In this document: piece by piece, positions 7,796-18,194 of the stretch
Numbering within the stretch: the first letter of the stretch is position 1
Layout: each line of letters opens with the position of its first letter
From: Nanobdellota archaeon
GTDB taxonomy: Archaea; Nanobdellota; Nanobdellia; SCGC-AAA011-G17; PNOQ01
NCBI GenBank assembly: GCA_018829185.1
Contig: JAHJUI010000014.1
Location: 1 to 56,680, forward strand
Direction: 5' to 3'
Length of the DNA stretch: 56,680 bases
Notes under the pieces: model-generated
The model's database searches: none
What the model saw: only the letters and a program-made list of their open reading frames with translations
What the model was told of the DNA's origin: nothing
Made by a program: the position numbers and the translations under genes

Positions 7796-7999
7796 ATGGA
7801 TTTAGGATATAATTCAAGATATAATAGAAGTTGTTCATCTTCTTTTAGTTGTGATTATGTTGGTTTTAGTGGGGAACCTGCAAAATATTTTTCTTTTATG
7901 AATGAATGTTATGAAAATCTTCCTGGTCCAGATTTGGAAGCTTTAAGAGTTTATGAAGAAGGTGGAGATAGAGCTTACAAAAGCTTAGGAACTAGTTAA
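7796..7999 (+). CDS. hypothetical small protein
   Basis: ATG lies 1 nt after the previous stop. 67 aa. No motif recognised. Confidence 0.3.
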   Translation: MDLGYNSRYNRSCSSSFSCDYVGFSGEPAKYFSFMNECYENLPGPDLEALRVYEEGGDRAYKSLGTS

Positions 8000-9169
8000 T
8001 ATTTCTATAATATCCATATTTTTTAATTTGTGTTCTTTTCCAATTGCTAATTTTGTTCTAACATTAATTGCTTTTGCAAATTTATTTCCAAAATCAGTAT
8101 GAAGCCTGAAAGCAAAGTCTAGTGCAGTTGCTCCATTTGGCATTAAAAAACAATCAGGAATTACATTTCCTTTTGAATCTTCTAATTTTTTTACTCCACC
8201 AGGGAATAAACAGATTTGATCTAATATTTCAAATACTACTTTGTTTAAAATTGCTTGAACACCTGTACTTTCAAATTTTTTAAGAACATTTTCTTGTATA
8301 AATTCTAAACCAGATTTTTGTTTTTCATTTATTTCTTTTTTTATTTCAAATTTATTTTCTCCTGGAAGATAATCTATTAATTCATGAACATGTGCTTCTT
8401 TTAATGCAAGTTCTGATTCTGCAGAACAAGGGATGATTGTTAAGTTTGGAAATTCTTCTTTTAATCTTTTGTAGTTTTTTTCTGCACCGGGAACATCTAT
8501 TTTGTTTGCTGCAATTATCATTGGTTTTGTTATTCTTCTTAGTTCTGATGCTAATTCTAGTAAATCTTTTTCCGACCAGCTTGTTGGATCTTTACTTAAA
8601 TTTGCTACTAATGGTTTAACTATTTCTTCAGTTACTTTTAAACCAGATAGTTGTTTTGCTAAAGATTTACTTATATCTTTGTGTTCTTGATGTACTCCTC
8701 TAGCAAATTTTTCCCAACCTTTTTTTAAAATGTCTAAATACCACATATCTAATTCTAATTCTAAGAAACGAATATCTTCACTTGGATTATAGCTTAATGA
8801 CTGAACTGATTCTCCTTTTTCATTTGTTGAACCAGAAATATCAACAACATGTATTAATGCATCTGCTTGGTTTAAATCATTTAGAAATTGTGAACCCATT
8901 CCTTGTCCCTTGTGGGCTCCAGGAACTAAACCAGCTACGTCAATTAAATCTATTGGAACAAAACGAAAATCTTCTTGAACATAACCCATTCTAGGGTTTG
9001 AATGTTTTCCAAAGTCTACTGCGGGATCATTTATTTTTACAAAACCTACTGCATGATTTGGTTTTATTGTTGTGAATGGATAATTAGCTATTTCTACATC
9101 TGCAAGTGTTGCAGCCTTGAAAAAAGTACTTTTTCCACACGATGGTTTTCCTACTACACCAATTAACAT
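7985..9169 (-). CDS. ychF: YchF/OLA1-family P-loop GTPase/ATPase
   Basis: MLIGVVGKPSCGKSTFFKAAT (P-loop), NYPFTTIKPN (G2), DVAGLVPGAHKG (G3), NKID (G4), and a TGS-like C-terminus. Confidence 0.85.
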   Translation of the reverse strand: MLIGVVGKPSCGKSTFFKAATLADVEIANYPFTTIKPNHAVGFVKINDPAVDFGKHSNPRMGYVQEDFRFVPIDLIDVAGLVPGAHKGQGMGSQFLNDLNQADALIHVVDISGSTNEKGESVQSLSYNPSEDIRFLELELDMWYLDILKKGWEKFARGVHQEHKDISKSLAKQLSGLKVTEEIVKPLVANLSKDPTSWSEKDLLELASELRRITKPMIIAANKIDVPGAEKNYKRLKEEFPNLTIIPCSAESELALKEAHVHELIDYLPGENKFEIKKEINEKQKSGLEFIQENVLKKFESTGVQAILNKVVFEILDQICLFPGGVKKLEDSKGNVIPDCFLMPNGATALDFAFRLHTDFGNKFAKAINVRTKLAIGKEHKLKNMDIIEILTSS

Positions 9170-9253
9170 GAATTTAAAAAAATATGGTGGATTAAAAAGG
9201 TTTTGTTTAAAGGAAAAAGTTTAAATATCGGGTTTTTTTCTTATTTTAATGTT

Positions 9254-9373
9254 GGGCCCATAGCTTAGCCTGGCTATAGCACTGGTCTTATATGACCCAC
9301 AGGTTGTGGCTAAGACAGCCAGAGAATATATTTATTCGGCTAAAGGTCGCCGGTTCAAATCCGGTTGGGCCCA
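9254..9373 (+). tRNA. tRNA-Ile(TAT) with two BHB introns (9293-9316 at 37/38; 9323-9343 at 43/44)
   Basis: Acceptor GGGCCCA/TGGGCCC. Anticodon stem CTGGT/GCCAG. Loop CT-TAT-A|A. T arm GCCGG-TTCAAAT-CCGGT. Both introns sit in 4-bp-helix/3-nt-bulge motifs. Excision gives the canonical variable loop AGGTC. Confidence 0.8.
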
Positions 9374-9418
9374 CCTTATAGTTAAATTTAAAAAGGCCTG
9401 GAGTTCTCAAAATCTTAT

Positions 9419-9493
9419 GCCCCGTTGGTGTAGCCCGGTCAAGCATTAAGCCCTTTCGAGGCTTAGACCCGAGTTCGAATCTCGGACGGGGCA
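9419..9493 (+). tRNA. tRNA-Glu(TTC)
   Basis: GCCCCGT/ACGGGGC acceptor. AAGCC-CTTTCGA-GGCTT anticodon arm. CCGAG-TTCGAAT-CTCGG T arm. No intron. Confidence 0.9.
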
Positions 9494-9499
9494 TTTATT

Positions 9500-9679
9500 A
9501 TGAAAAAAATTAGATTTTGTCCAAAGTGTGGAAGTAAGGATGTAGATACAATTTATTCTGTTTTGTCTTATATGGTTGGTTTTGAAAGAATGGTTTGTAA
9601 TAAATGTGGTTATCAAGGAATGTTTTTTCCTGAATGTTATGAAGAAGAATATAGAAAGATAAAAGCAAAATTTAAATAG
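9500..9679 (+). CDS. zinc-ribbon small protein
   Basis: MKKIRFCPKCGSKD...VCNKCGYQG has two CxxC pairs. 59 aa, below the ORF-track cutoff. Ends in TAG. Confidence 0.5.
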   Translation: MKKIRFCPKCGSKDVDTIYSVLSYMVGFERMVCNKCGYQGMFFPECYEEEYRKIKAKFK

Positions 9680-9700
9680 TTCTTTTTTTAAAATTTTATT

Positions 9701-9922
9701 ATGGCAAATATGGTTATAGATAAAATAGCTGCTTTAGTAACAGCTGCTTTTGGTTTAGTTGCAGCACTTGCATGGAATACAGCAATACAACAGGTTTTTA
9801 AGAATTTTTTTGGTGAAAATAGTTCTGTTGCAGCAATGTTGACTTATGCAATCATTGTAACTATCATAGCAGTGCTTGCAACAATTTGGATTGGAAAGGT
9901 AGCTCAAAAATCTGAAAAATGA
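9701..9922 (+). CDS. small membrane protein
   Basis: Two predicted TM helices (AALVTAAFGLVAALAWN; AMLTYAIIVTIIAVLATIWIG). Confidence 0.55.
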   Translation: MANMVIDKIAALVTAAFGLVAALAWNTAIQQVFKNFFGENSSVAAMLTYAIIVTIIAVLATIWIGKVAQKSEK

Positions 9923-10158
9923 ACAATAAGATTATTTATTGTACATTGAATATGTTTGTAATAGCTTTAGTTGGATTTATTTTTTATTTTTTTGCTCCAC
10001 CTTTCTATAGATATGTTGGTTTTGTAATAGCTTTAGTTGGTTATATTATTTTACATAGGAAATTTTCTCAGTTTGAATTTTGGAAAAGTTATCTTTACAG
10101 TTTGATCATTTATTTGGTTTTCTTTTTATTATTTTTTTATGTTAATAGGATTTTGTAA
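9919..10158 (+). CDS. small membrane protein
   Basis: ATGA overlap with the previous gene. Hydrophobic throughout. Confidence 0.5.
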   Translation: MNNKIIYCTLNMFVIALVGFIFYFFAPPFYRYVGFVIALVGYIILHRKFSQFEFWKSYLYSLIIYLVFFLLFFYVNRIL

Positions 10159-10200
10159 TAGAAACATTTATAAAAACAGAATTTTCTTCCAAATCCACAA

Positions 10201-10305
10201 ATGAAGAGAAGCTCTAGACGTTGGAAGAAAAAAAGACAGATGAGATGGAAGTGGCAACGTAAGAGAATGAATAAAGAAAAAAGGAAGAGAAGAGCTGCTA
10301 AGTAA
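10201..10305 (+). CDS. rpl41e: 50S ribosomal protein L41e
   Basis: MKRSSRRWKKKRQMRWKWQRKRMNKEKRKRRAAK is a 34-aa Arg/Lys-rich peptide typical of L41e. GAAACATTTATAAAA box about 25-40 nt upstream. The track's antisense ORF 10168..10368 is spurious. Confidence 0.75.
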   Translation: MKRSSRRWKKKRQMRWKWQRKRMNKEKRKRRAAK

Positions 10306-10384
10306 TTCTAATTTGTAACTACTTATAAAAAGTAACAAAACAAAAGGTTTATATACTAGTTTTTTCATAATTATTCTAGAGAAA

Positions 10385-10582
10385 ATGACACAGAAACCAG
10401 AAAAATTTAAGGATTTAGAAAAATTAGTAGGTTCAACTTTTTGTGCAACTGCTTTATCAGCTGGTTCATTAGTTTCTTATGTTAATGAGCGTCCTTATCT
10501 GGCGGGGGTCATAGGTGTTTTAGCAATTTTGGAAGTTGTTGAAGCAATTAAATGTTATTATAAAACTAAAAATAAATTATAA
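10385..10582 (+). CDS. small membrane protein
   Basis: 65-aa ORF with hydrophobic segments. Confidence 0.4.
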   Translation: MTQKPEKFKDLEKLVGSTFCATALSAGSLVSYVNERPYLAGVIGVLAILEVVEAIKCYYKTKNKL

Positions 10583-10622
10583 AACGTGTGGCAATTCAAC
10601 ATTTGTTTTGCTAAATTCTAAC

Positions 10623-10638
10623 GAAACATTTATAAATA
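10623..10638 (+). promoter_or_regulatory. rRNA operon promoter candidate (BRE/TATA)
   Basis: GAAACATTTATAAATA matches the box seen upstream of several genes in this window. It lies about 210 nt upstream of the 16S 5' end. Confidence 0.45.
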
Positions 10639-10848
10639 ACCTGTTTCCACAAAACAGTACTTCATGAAGAAGATAGAATATTTATCTTCTAAGAATGTTT
10701 TCTTTTTTTTAGAGAAAACTATAGAACACTTTTTAACGAGAGTGTTCAATATGTGATTGCTTAATTGAACAATTAAGTATGATGTATGAACGAGGCAAAA
10801 ATGTAGTGGAGTTAAAATTTTTTGCTAATAACTTTAGCGGTCAAAATA

Positions 10849-12314
<1,466 letters not shown>

Positions 12315-12375
12315 ATTATTTTTATAATAATAAATGACTTCGCTACAATTGCTAGATCGTTCATACAAATTAAAC

Positions 12376-12475
12376 GGGCCCGTGGCTCAACGGTAGAGCA
12401 TCGCCTTTGCAAGGCGGGGGTTTCGGGTTCGAAATTTTGGACCTTCGGTCTGAAACGAAAGTCCCGACGGGTCCA
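12376..12475 (+). tRNA. tRNA-Ala(TGC) in the 16S-23S spacer, with a 28-nt BHB intron in the T-loop (12434-12461, position 59/60)
   Basis: Acceptor GGGCCCG/CGGGTCC with G3:U70. TCGCC-TTTGCAA-GGCGG anticodon arm. T stem TCGGG/CCCGA. Central helix TTCG/CGAA with bulges AAA and AGT. Inner 9-bp helix capped by TTCG. The mature T-loop is TTCGAAT. Confidence 0.85.
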
Positions 12476-14547
12476 CCTTGAAACAAATGCAATTCCGGAA
12501 CGAAAGTTTGGAATGAAGAGTTTCAGTCAGCTTCGGCTGTTTAGAATATCATATTCATGAATCTATGCAAAAGCAAGTATACCTAAGGCTTAAACTATTA
12601 GAGGAAAGACTTGGCTTGAATGTTGAAGAAGGCCGTGGCCAGCTGCGATATGTCTGGGGTAGGCGCATGCAGCCTGTGATCCCAGAATTGCCGAATAGGA
12701 CTTCCATTCTTTTATAAGAAGATCAGTAATGATCGATAACGCGGGGGATTGAAGCGTCTTAGTACCCGCAGGAAAAGAAATCAATTGAGATGCCGCTAGT
12801 AACAGCGAGCGAACGTGGCATAAGGCAAACCGAATCCTTTGTAGCAATACAAAGGACATGTGGTGTTATAGGACTTTCTTTTAATCCTTTTTGATGAGTT
12901 GAAGTGTTCTGGAAAGAACTACTATAGAGGGTGATAGTCCCGTAAACGAAATCTTTGAGGATGTGAAAGTATCCTGAGTAGGGCTCATTGGATATTGAGT
13001 CTGAATTTAGGAGGCATCAACTTCTAACCTTAAATACTATTCAAGACCGATAGCGTACTAGTACCGCGAGGGAAAGTTGAAAAGAACCCTTAATAGGGAG
13101 TGAAAAGAATCTGAAATCTAATAGTGATAGTGTGATGCTGCTCTTCGGAGTTGCATCGTACGTTTCGAATAACGGACCAGGGAGTGTACTTGAGTGGCAA
13201 GACTAACTTTTTAAAAAAGGAAGTCGGAGCGAAAGCGAAAACCCGCAGGCAACGAGGGGTGTGGTGTTAATGCGCCATTAGTCACTTGGGTACGACCCGA
13301 AACCGGACGAACTAGTCCTGAGCAAGGTGAAGCAGGGATAAAACCTTGTGGAGGCCTGCAGAGGTGCTGTGGACAAGCGTTCTTCTGACTTGGGACTAGG
13401 GGTGAAAAGCCAATCGAGTCCGGTGATAGCTGGTTCCTGCCGAAATATGTCGTAGCATAGTCTCAACTGAGATTACTAAGATGGTAGAGCTACGGACTGG
13501 GAGTTTTGGGGAGTAAAATCCTCGGCTTCCTATCCAACTCCAAATGTTTTAGAATCGTAGACGTTGGGAAACAGCGGCACGCGGTAAACGTGTGTCGCTA
13601 AAGGGGAACAACCCAGCCTGAAGTTAAGGTCCCAAAATACTAATTAAGTGTGAAAGGGTGAATGGTGTATAACATCAGAGACAGCGGGGAGGTAGGCTCA
13701 GAAGCAGCCATCCTTTAAAGAAAGCGTAATAGCTCACCTGTCAAGATCTTGTGCCCAGAAAATGGACGGGGCTAAATTAGTTACCGATACTTCAGACATC
13801 CGCAAGGATTGTGGTAGGCAGGCGTCCTGCTTGAGCAAAACTTTTCTCGTAAGAGGAAAGGAATCGAGTAGGAATGAAAATCCTGGTGGTAGTAGGACCA
13901 GTATACAGTGAGAATCTGTATTACCGAAAGGGCAAGGGTTTCTTAGCAATACAGTTTAGCTAAGAGTAAGTTGATCCTAAGGCAATTCCTAACTGGACAT
14001 TGTCGAAAGGGAAAACGGTTAACATTCCGTTACTATTTAAATACATATGGCAACATTAGTTTTATTCTTGACGGTTTGGGCTAGATTAACAACTCTCGTC
14101 GGAGTTGCTAACTAAAATAAGTCTGGGGAGTATCGTAACGATGAGATCCAGATTAAATTTAGGAATGGTCTGTCTTAAGACAGATTTAGTCAATGCCTAG
14201 ATCCCGTGAAAAAAGAATAGATCGGATTTTAAATAATCATACCCAGAACCAGCACAGGTGCCCCAAGGTTAGTAGCCTAAGGTATGAGGGAGTAATCCAA
14301 CTAAGGGAATTCGGCAAATTAGTCCCGTGACTTTGGTATAAGGGATCCCTGCGTTTGTATCCGTATGGATGCGAATACAGGGCGCAGTGACTAAGGAGGC
14401 CCGACTGTTTAACAAAAACGTAACTTTTCGCTAGCCTCAAAAGGTGTGTATGGAAAGTGACGTCTGCCCAGTGCCCGTACTTGAAACTCGGTTTCAACTG
14501 AGCTAAGAGCGGGTAAACGGCGGGAATAACTATAATTCTCTTAAGGT

Positions 14548-15253
14548 AAGCAATAGTTGCCTTAGTAAAATTTGGCTATATGCTGGAAAGTCTGAGTATT
14601 CCATGCTACTCGATTTACATTGTGACAAGTTCACGCAAAGAATTTATAAACAATGTAAGTCAGTAACAAGGTATGGATGCAGATAATCAGCAGGAAAGAC
14701 TAGAGGCTCAATGGATTGTTGGATTTGTCGACGGTGAAGGAAGTTTTCTGATTTCAATAAATAAGAATGAGAAAATGACTTTGGGTTGGCAAGTTTTACC
14801 AGAATTCAGGGTAGTTCAACATCAAAATGATGAACAAATTTTATATAAAATCAAAGATTATTTTGGTTTTGGGAATGTTGTTGTGAATCATGGAGATAGA
14901 AAAGAGTTCAGAGTTAGAGGTTCTGAAAATATTAAAAAAATTATTTTGTTTTTTAAGAAAAATAATTTAAGAACTTCAAAAAATAAAAACTTTGAAATTT
15001 TTTGTAATGTTGTTGGACGGATGGAAGATGGACAACATTTAGACAAACAAGGTTTGTTAGAAATAGCAAGTTTGGCATCCAATATTAATAATAAAATAGA
15101 TAGAGTTTCTAGAATCCTCAGAGACTATACGCCAAACACACATTAAGTGTGAAGATATAGTCCGATCCTTGCAGCGATGTAAGGAGATTAACAGAAATGT
15201 TAATCCGCCATCTTTGATGGTTAGTAACCATTTTGGTGAAAGTAACAGATATG
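14548..15253 (+). mobile_element. group I-type intron in 23S rRNA carrying a LAGLIDADG ORF
   Basis: Exon join AAGGT|AGCGTAATGCC restores the conserved sequence. The 5' exon ends in U, paired as TAAGGT with GCCTTA (P1-like, terminal U.G) 12 nt into the intron. The intron ends in G. No BHB can be drawn at the junctions. Confidence 0.7.
14673..15146 (+). CDS. single-motif LAGLIDADG homing endonuclease (intron-encoded)
   Basis: WIVGFVDGEGSF motif. 157 aa, the size of I-CreI/I-CeuI-type homodimeric enzymes. Lies inside the 23S intron. Confidence 0.85.
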   Translation: MDADNQQERLEAQWIVGFVDGEGSFLISINKNEKMTLGWQVLPEFRVVQHQNDEQILYKIKDYFGFGNVVVNHGDRKEFRVRGSENIKKIILFFKKNNLRTSKNKNFEIFCNVVGRMEDGQHLDKQGLLEIASLASNINNKIDRVSRILRDYTPNTH

Positions 15254-16265
15254 AGCGTAATGCCTTGTCGTTTTATTGACGACGTGCATGAATGGCGTAA
15301 CGAGGTCTCTACTGTCCCTAGTTGGAATCCCCCGAACACATTATCCTGGTGCAAAGACCAGGGACCTCCAGTGGGAAGCAAAGACCCCGTAGAACTTTAC
15401 TACAGTTTGTTGTTGTGATGTGAGTTTTGTTGTGCAGTATAGGTGGGAGTTGTTATGTTTCAAGCGCTAGTTTGGAAATAGACATCAGTGAGATACCACC
15501 CTTCAGAGTTTACATTGCTCACCTTGGAAACAAGGGACATCAGTAAATGGGTAGTTTGCCTGGGGCGGGACCCTGCTGAAACGATATCAGCAGGGCCCAA
15601 AGGTTGACTCAACCGGGTCAGAAATCCGGTGTAGAGTGCAAGAGCAAAAGTCAGCCTGACTGTGTTTCGAACCATAAGAAACGCAGAGCAGAAATGCCGG
15701 TCTAGCGAACCCCTATGTCCTCTTTGATGGGGGCTAGGTATGACAGAAAAGCTATCTCGGGGATAACTGAGTGGTAGCGCCTAAGAGCTCAAATCGACGG
15801 CGCTGTTTGCTACTTCGATGTCGGCTCGTCGCAACCTGGGCGTGCAGAAGCGCCCAAGGGTGGGGGTGTTCACCCATTAAAGCGGCTCGTGAGCTGGGTT
15901 CAGAACGCTGTGAAGCAGTTTGTTCGATATCTAGTGGAGGTGTTCGGTGTCTGAGAGGAAGGATCTTTTAGTACGAGAGGAACGGAGGTTCGGGGCCTCT
16001 AGTCAACCGGTTATCTGATAAGGTAGGCCGGGCAGCCACGCCCCAAGGGATAAGAGCTGAAAGCATCTAAGCTCGAAACCCCCCTCGAAAAGAGACACTT
16101 CAAGTTCTTGTAGAAGACAAGGTTGATAGAAACGGCGTGTAAGCATTAAGGCAACGAGATGTTCAGCGTGCGTTCACTAATTACTTGACAACTTTAGGTA
16201 TACTTGCGCATAGTTTTCATTTTTTTTCAAAATTATTGAGAACTAGTTAGTACTATTTTAAAAAA

Positions 16266-16535
16266 TTATAATCCAAAACTATCAGAGAACTCTTTGATTT
16301 TTTTGTACTCTTTTATAAAATTAAAACCTTCTTGGTTTATTATAAACATTTTTTTACCTTTTTCATTTTCTTCAGCAACCATATTTTTTTCCATTAGTTC
16401 TGATAGATATTCCATCATTTTTTTATGGGAAAGATTTGATTTGTAAAGTAGATGTGTTGGTTTTATTTTTCCACCTTTATTTTGGATAGCTAGAAGGATG
16501 TCATTCACAATTTCTAATTTGTCTCTTCTTTTCAT
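16266..16535 (-). CDS. winged-helix DNA-binding protein
   Basis: 89 aa. KRRDKLEIVNDILLAI...PTHLLYKSNLSHKKMMEYLSELMEKNMV is a wHTH pattern. Confidence 0.6.
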   Translation of the reverse strand: MKRRDKLEIVNDILLAIQNKGGKIKPTHLLYKSNLSHKKMMEYLSELMEKNMVAEENEKGKKMFIINQEGFNFIKEYKKIKEFSDSFGL

Positions 16536-17209
16536 TTTTTTCCAATTAATAAATATGTTAAGAGTAATGATAAGAACCCAAGTAATTGGACAATTACTCC
16601 AGCTACGTAAAGAGTTGGATCAAGTAATACAAATATGAAAATTAATTGACTAATAAACATCAAAGCAAATGCTAATGCAACTAAGAAAGAATTTTTTGTT
16701 TGTTTTCTGTAGTGATTTGCATAGAAGGATAATGAAATGTATAGTAGCAAGAATGCAGCTATTAAATGGAAGATGAAATAAGTTTCTCTAGAGAACCAGG
16801 TTGAGATAAATATGAAAAATAATAATAATAATCTTGTTTTATTTGTTCTTATTTTTAAGCAGAGAGTTGTTAAAATTAATAATCCTGTTAACATAAAGAA
16901 TCTGTGTAGGAATGAACCTAATGCGTAGATTGTTTGAACACTGTTTAAATTATATTGAATTATTGTTATACTTTGAAAAACTACTTGTTTAAATTGTGAA
17001 CAAGATAACCATGTTGCGAGCATTTTAATTCCAAATGATGCAGCAATTAAATAAAAAGCCATTGCAAAATAGAAATACTTTCTTTCGCTTGTGAATTTAG
17101 ATGCTCTATGGCTGAATAAACCAATTAATAGGGCTATAAGTAGGGATATGAATTCTATTATTAAATCGGCATTTAAGAACCATAAAGGTCCACAAACAAA
17201 ATGTACCAT
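16532..17209 (-). CDS. polytopic membrane protein
   Basis: About 7 hydrophobic segments. ATGA-type overlap with the downstream wHTH gene. Confidence 0.6.
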   Translation of the reverse strand: MVHFVCGPLWFLNADLIIEFISLLIALLIGLFSHRASKFTSERKYFYFAMAFYLIAASFGIKMLATWLSCSQFKQVVFQSITIIQYNLNSVQTIYALGSFLHRFFMLTGLLILTTLCLKIRTNKTRLLLLFFIFISTWFSRETYFIFHLIAAFLLLYISLSFYANHYRKQTKNSFLVALAFALMFISQLIFIFVLLDPTLYVAGVIVQLLGFLSLLLTYLLIGKK

Positions 17210-17331
17210 TAAAACGGGTGAATGGATTGTGATTTATAAAGATTGTGGAAGGGATTTATGGATCTATAATCTTTACTTTCTTTTCATAATCAATTAATAA
17301 AGGGTTTCTTAAGTAATATTGAGGTGACATC

Positions 17332-17457
17332 ATGAATCGAAAAATAAAAAACTATGTAGAATTTATTGGGGATGTATTAATGATAGATGAGACATTTGAT
17401 GATTTACTTTTTAGAAAATTGAAGACTGCTAATAGATGGGATAAGGGGGTGATATAA
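17332..17457 (+). CDS. 41-aa upstream ORF in frame with the cupin gene
   Basis: GAGGTGA (17321-17327) lies 4 nt before the ATG. Stops at TAA 17455-17457, immediately before the cupin-homologous sequence. Confidence 0.35.
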   Translation: MNRKIKNYVEFIGDVLMIDETFDDLLFRKLKTANRWDKGVI

Positions 17458-17799
17458 ATATCTGAACATAAAAAAGGATGGGGTAATGAAGTTTGGATTG
17501 CAAATAGTAAATTGTATTGCGGAAAGAAATTAATCATTAATAAAGGTAAAAAATGTAGCATACATTATCATAAAATTAAAGATGAGACTTTTTTTATCCA
17601 GGGTGGGAAGGTTAGGATGGAGATTTATCCAGAAGGTTATCCCCGGGAAGTTAAAAGAATAATTATGAATGCTGGAGATATATTACATATTCCTGTTGGG
17701 TTGGTTCATCAGTTTTTTGGAATAGGAAATAGTGAAATGTTTGAATTTTCTACTCAACATTTTGAGGAAGATAGTTATAGATATGTCTATGGAGATTGA
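17458..17799 (+). CDS. cupin-fold protein, probable ATA start
   Basis: HKKGWGNEVWI...YCGKKL...SIHYHKIKDETFFIQGG...IPVGLVHQF cupin motifs begin before the first canonical start (TTG 17512). GGGGGTGAT (17445-17453) lies 4 nt before ATA 17458. Confidence 0.6.
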   Translation: MSEHKKGWGNEVWIANSKLYCGKKLIINKGKKCSIHYHKIKDETFFIQGGKVRMEIYPEGYPREVKRIIMNAGDILHIPVGLVHQFFGIGNSEMFEFSTQHFEEDSYRYVYGD

Positions 17800-17838
17800 A
17801 ATGAAAAGCTTTTTAAAGCGCTATTTTTTAGTAATTTT

Positions 17839-18150
17839 GTAGGTAAGTGCCTGACTGTCGGGATTTATCCTGAGGAAAGTCCACCCACAAGAGAGAATCG
17901 GCTGCTTATGTTATGTAAGTCCTAGAAATGGGAGGCAACCGCTCAGAAACGACACGTCCTTACATTGTTTAAACATGTGGCTTGCGAAGGTTTTGGTGAC
18001 AAAACTGAGTTAACCAGCTGAATAGGTGTAAGGGAACGATGAGACGGCGAGACCCTGTTTGTGCAAGTCCGTTGAGACGCTAAGTTGAATGTCAGGAATG
18101 CTTGTTCATTTAAGTGAAGGCTAACAAAAGGTGGCTTACACTTGCCTACC
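17839..18150 (+). ncRNA. rnpB: RNase P RNA
   Basis: GAGGAAAGTCC (CR-I). Terminal P1 pairing GTAGGTAAGTG/CACTTGCCTAC. TATA-like CTTTTTAAAG about 25 nt upstream. G/C-rich island in AT-rich surroundings. The track's antisense ORF 17943..18161 is spurious. Confidence 0.8.
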
Positions 18151-18194
18151 ATTTTTTTCAAAAGTTTTATAAATTTTTCTAATATCCTAATTAT

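Larger units (their letters stand above)
12573..16208 (+). rRNA. rrl: 23S rRNA (about 2.9 kb mature) interrupted by a 706-nt intron
   Basis: Helix 1 pairs GCAAGTATACCTAAGG (12573-) with CTTTAGGTATACTTGC (-16208). Conserved blocks include GTAAACGGCGG..AACTATAA, GACGTGCATGAATGGCGTAACGAG and AAGACCCCGTAGAACTTTAC. Confidence 0.9.

Noticed and set aside
9288-9494. 68-aa minus-strand ORF.
   Set aside because: It is antisense to tRNA-Ile and tRNA-Glu. It is an artefact of G/C-rich tRNA sequence.
14540-15260. The 23S intron as a classical archaeal BHB-type rRNA intron.
   Set aside because: No complementary 4-bp helix or 3-nt bulges exist at the junctions. The P1-like pairing with a terminal U.G and the 3'-terminal G instead fit a group I intron.
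17425-17480. A BHB intron around the TAA that separates the 41-codon ORF from the cupin sequence.
   Set aside because: Only a GATA-TAAA-TATC mini-hairpin and a CTTTTT/AAAAAG pairing exist. No 4-bp central helix flanked by 3-nt bulges can be drawn, and no excision restores a known motif. The ATA-start interpretation is preferred.
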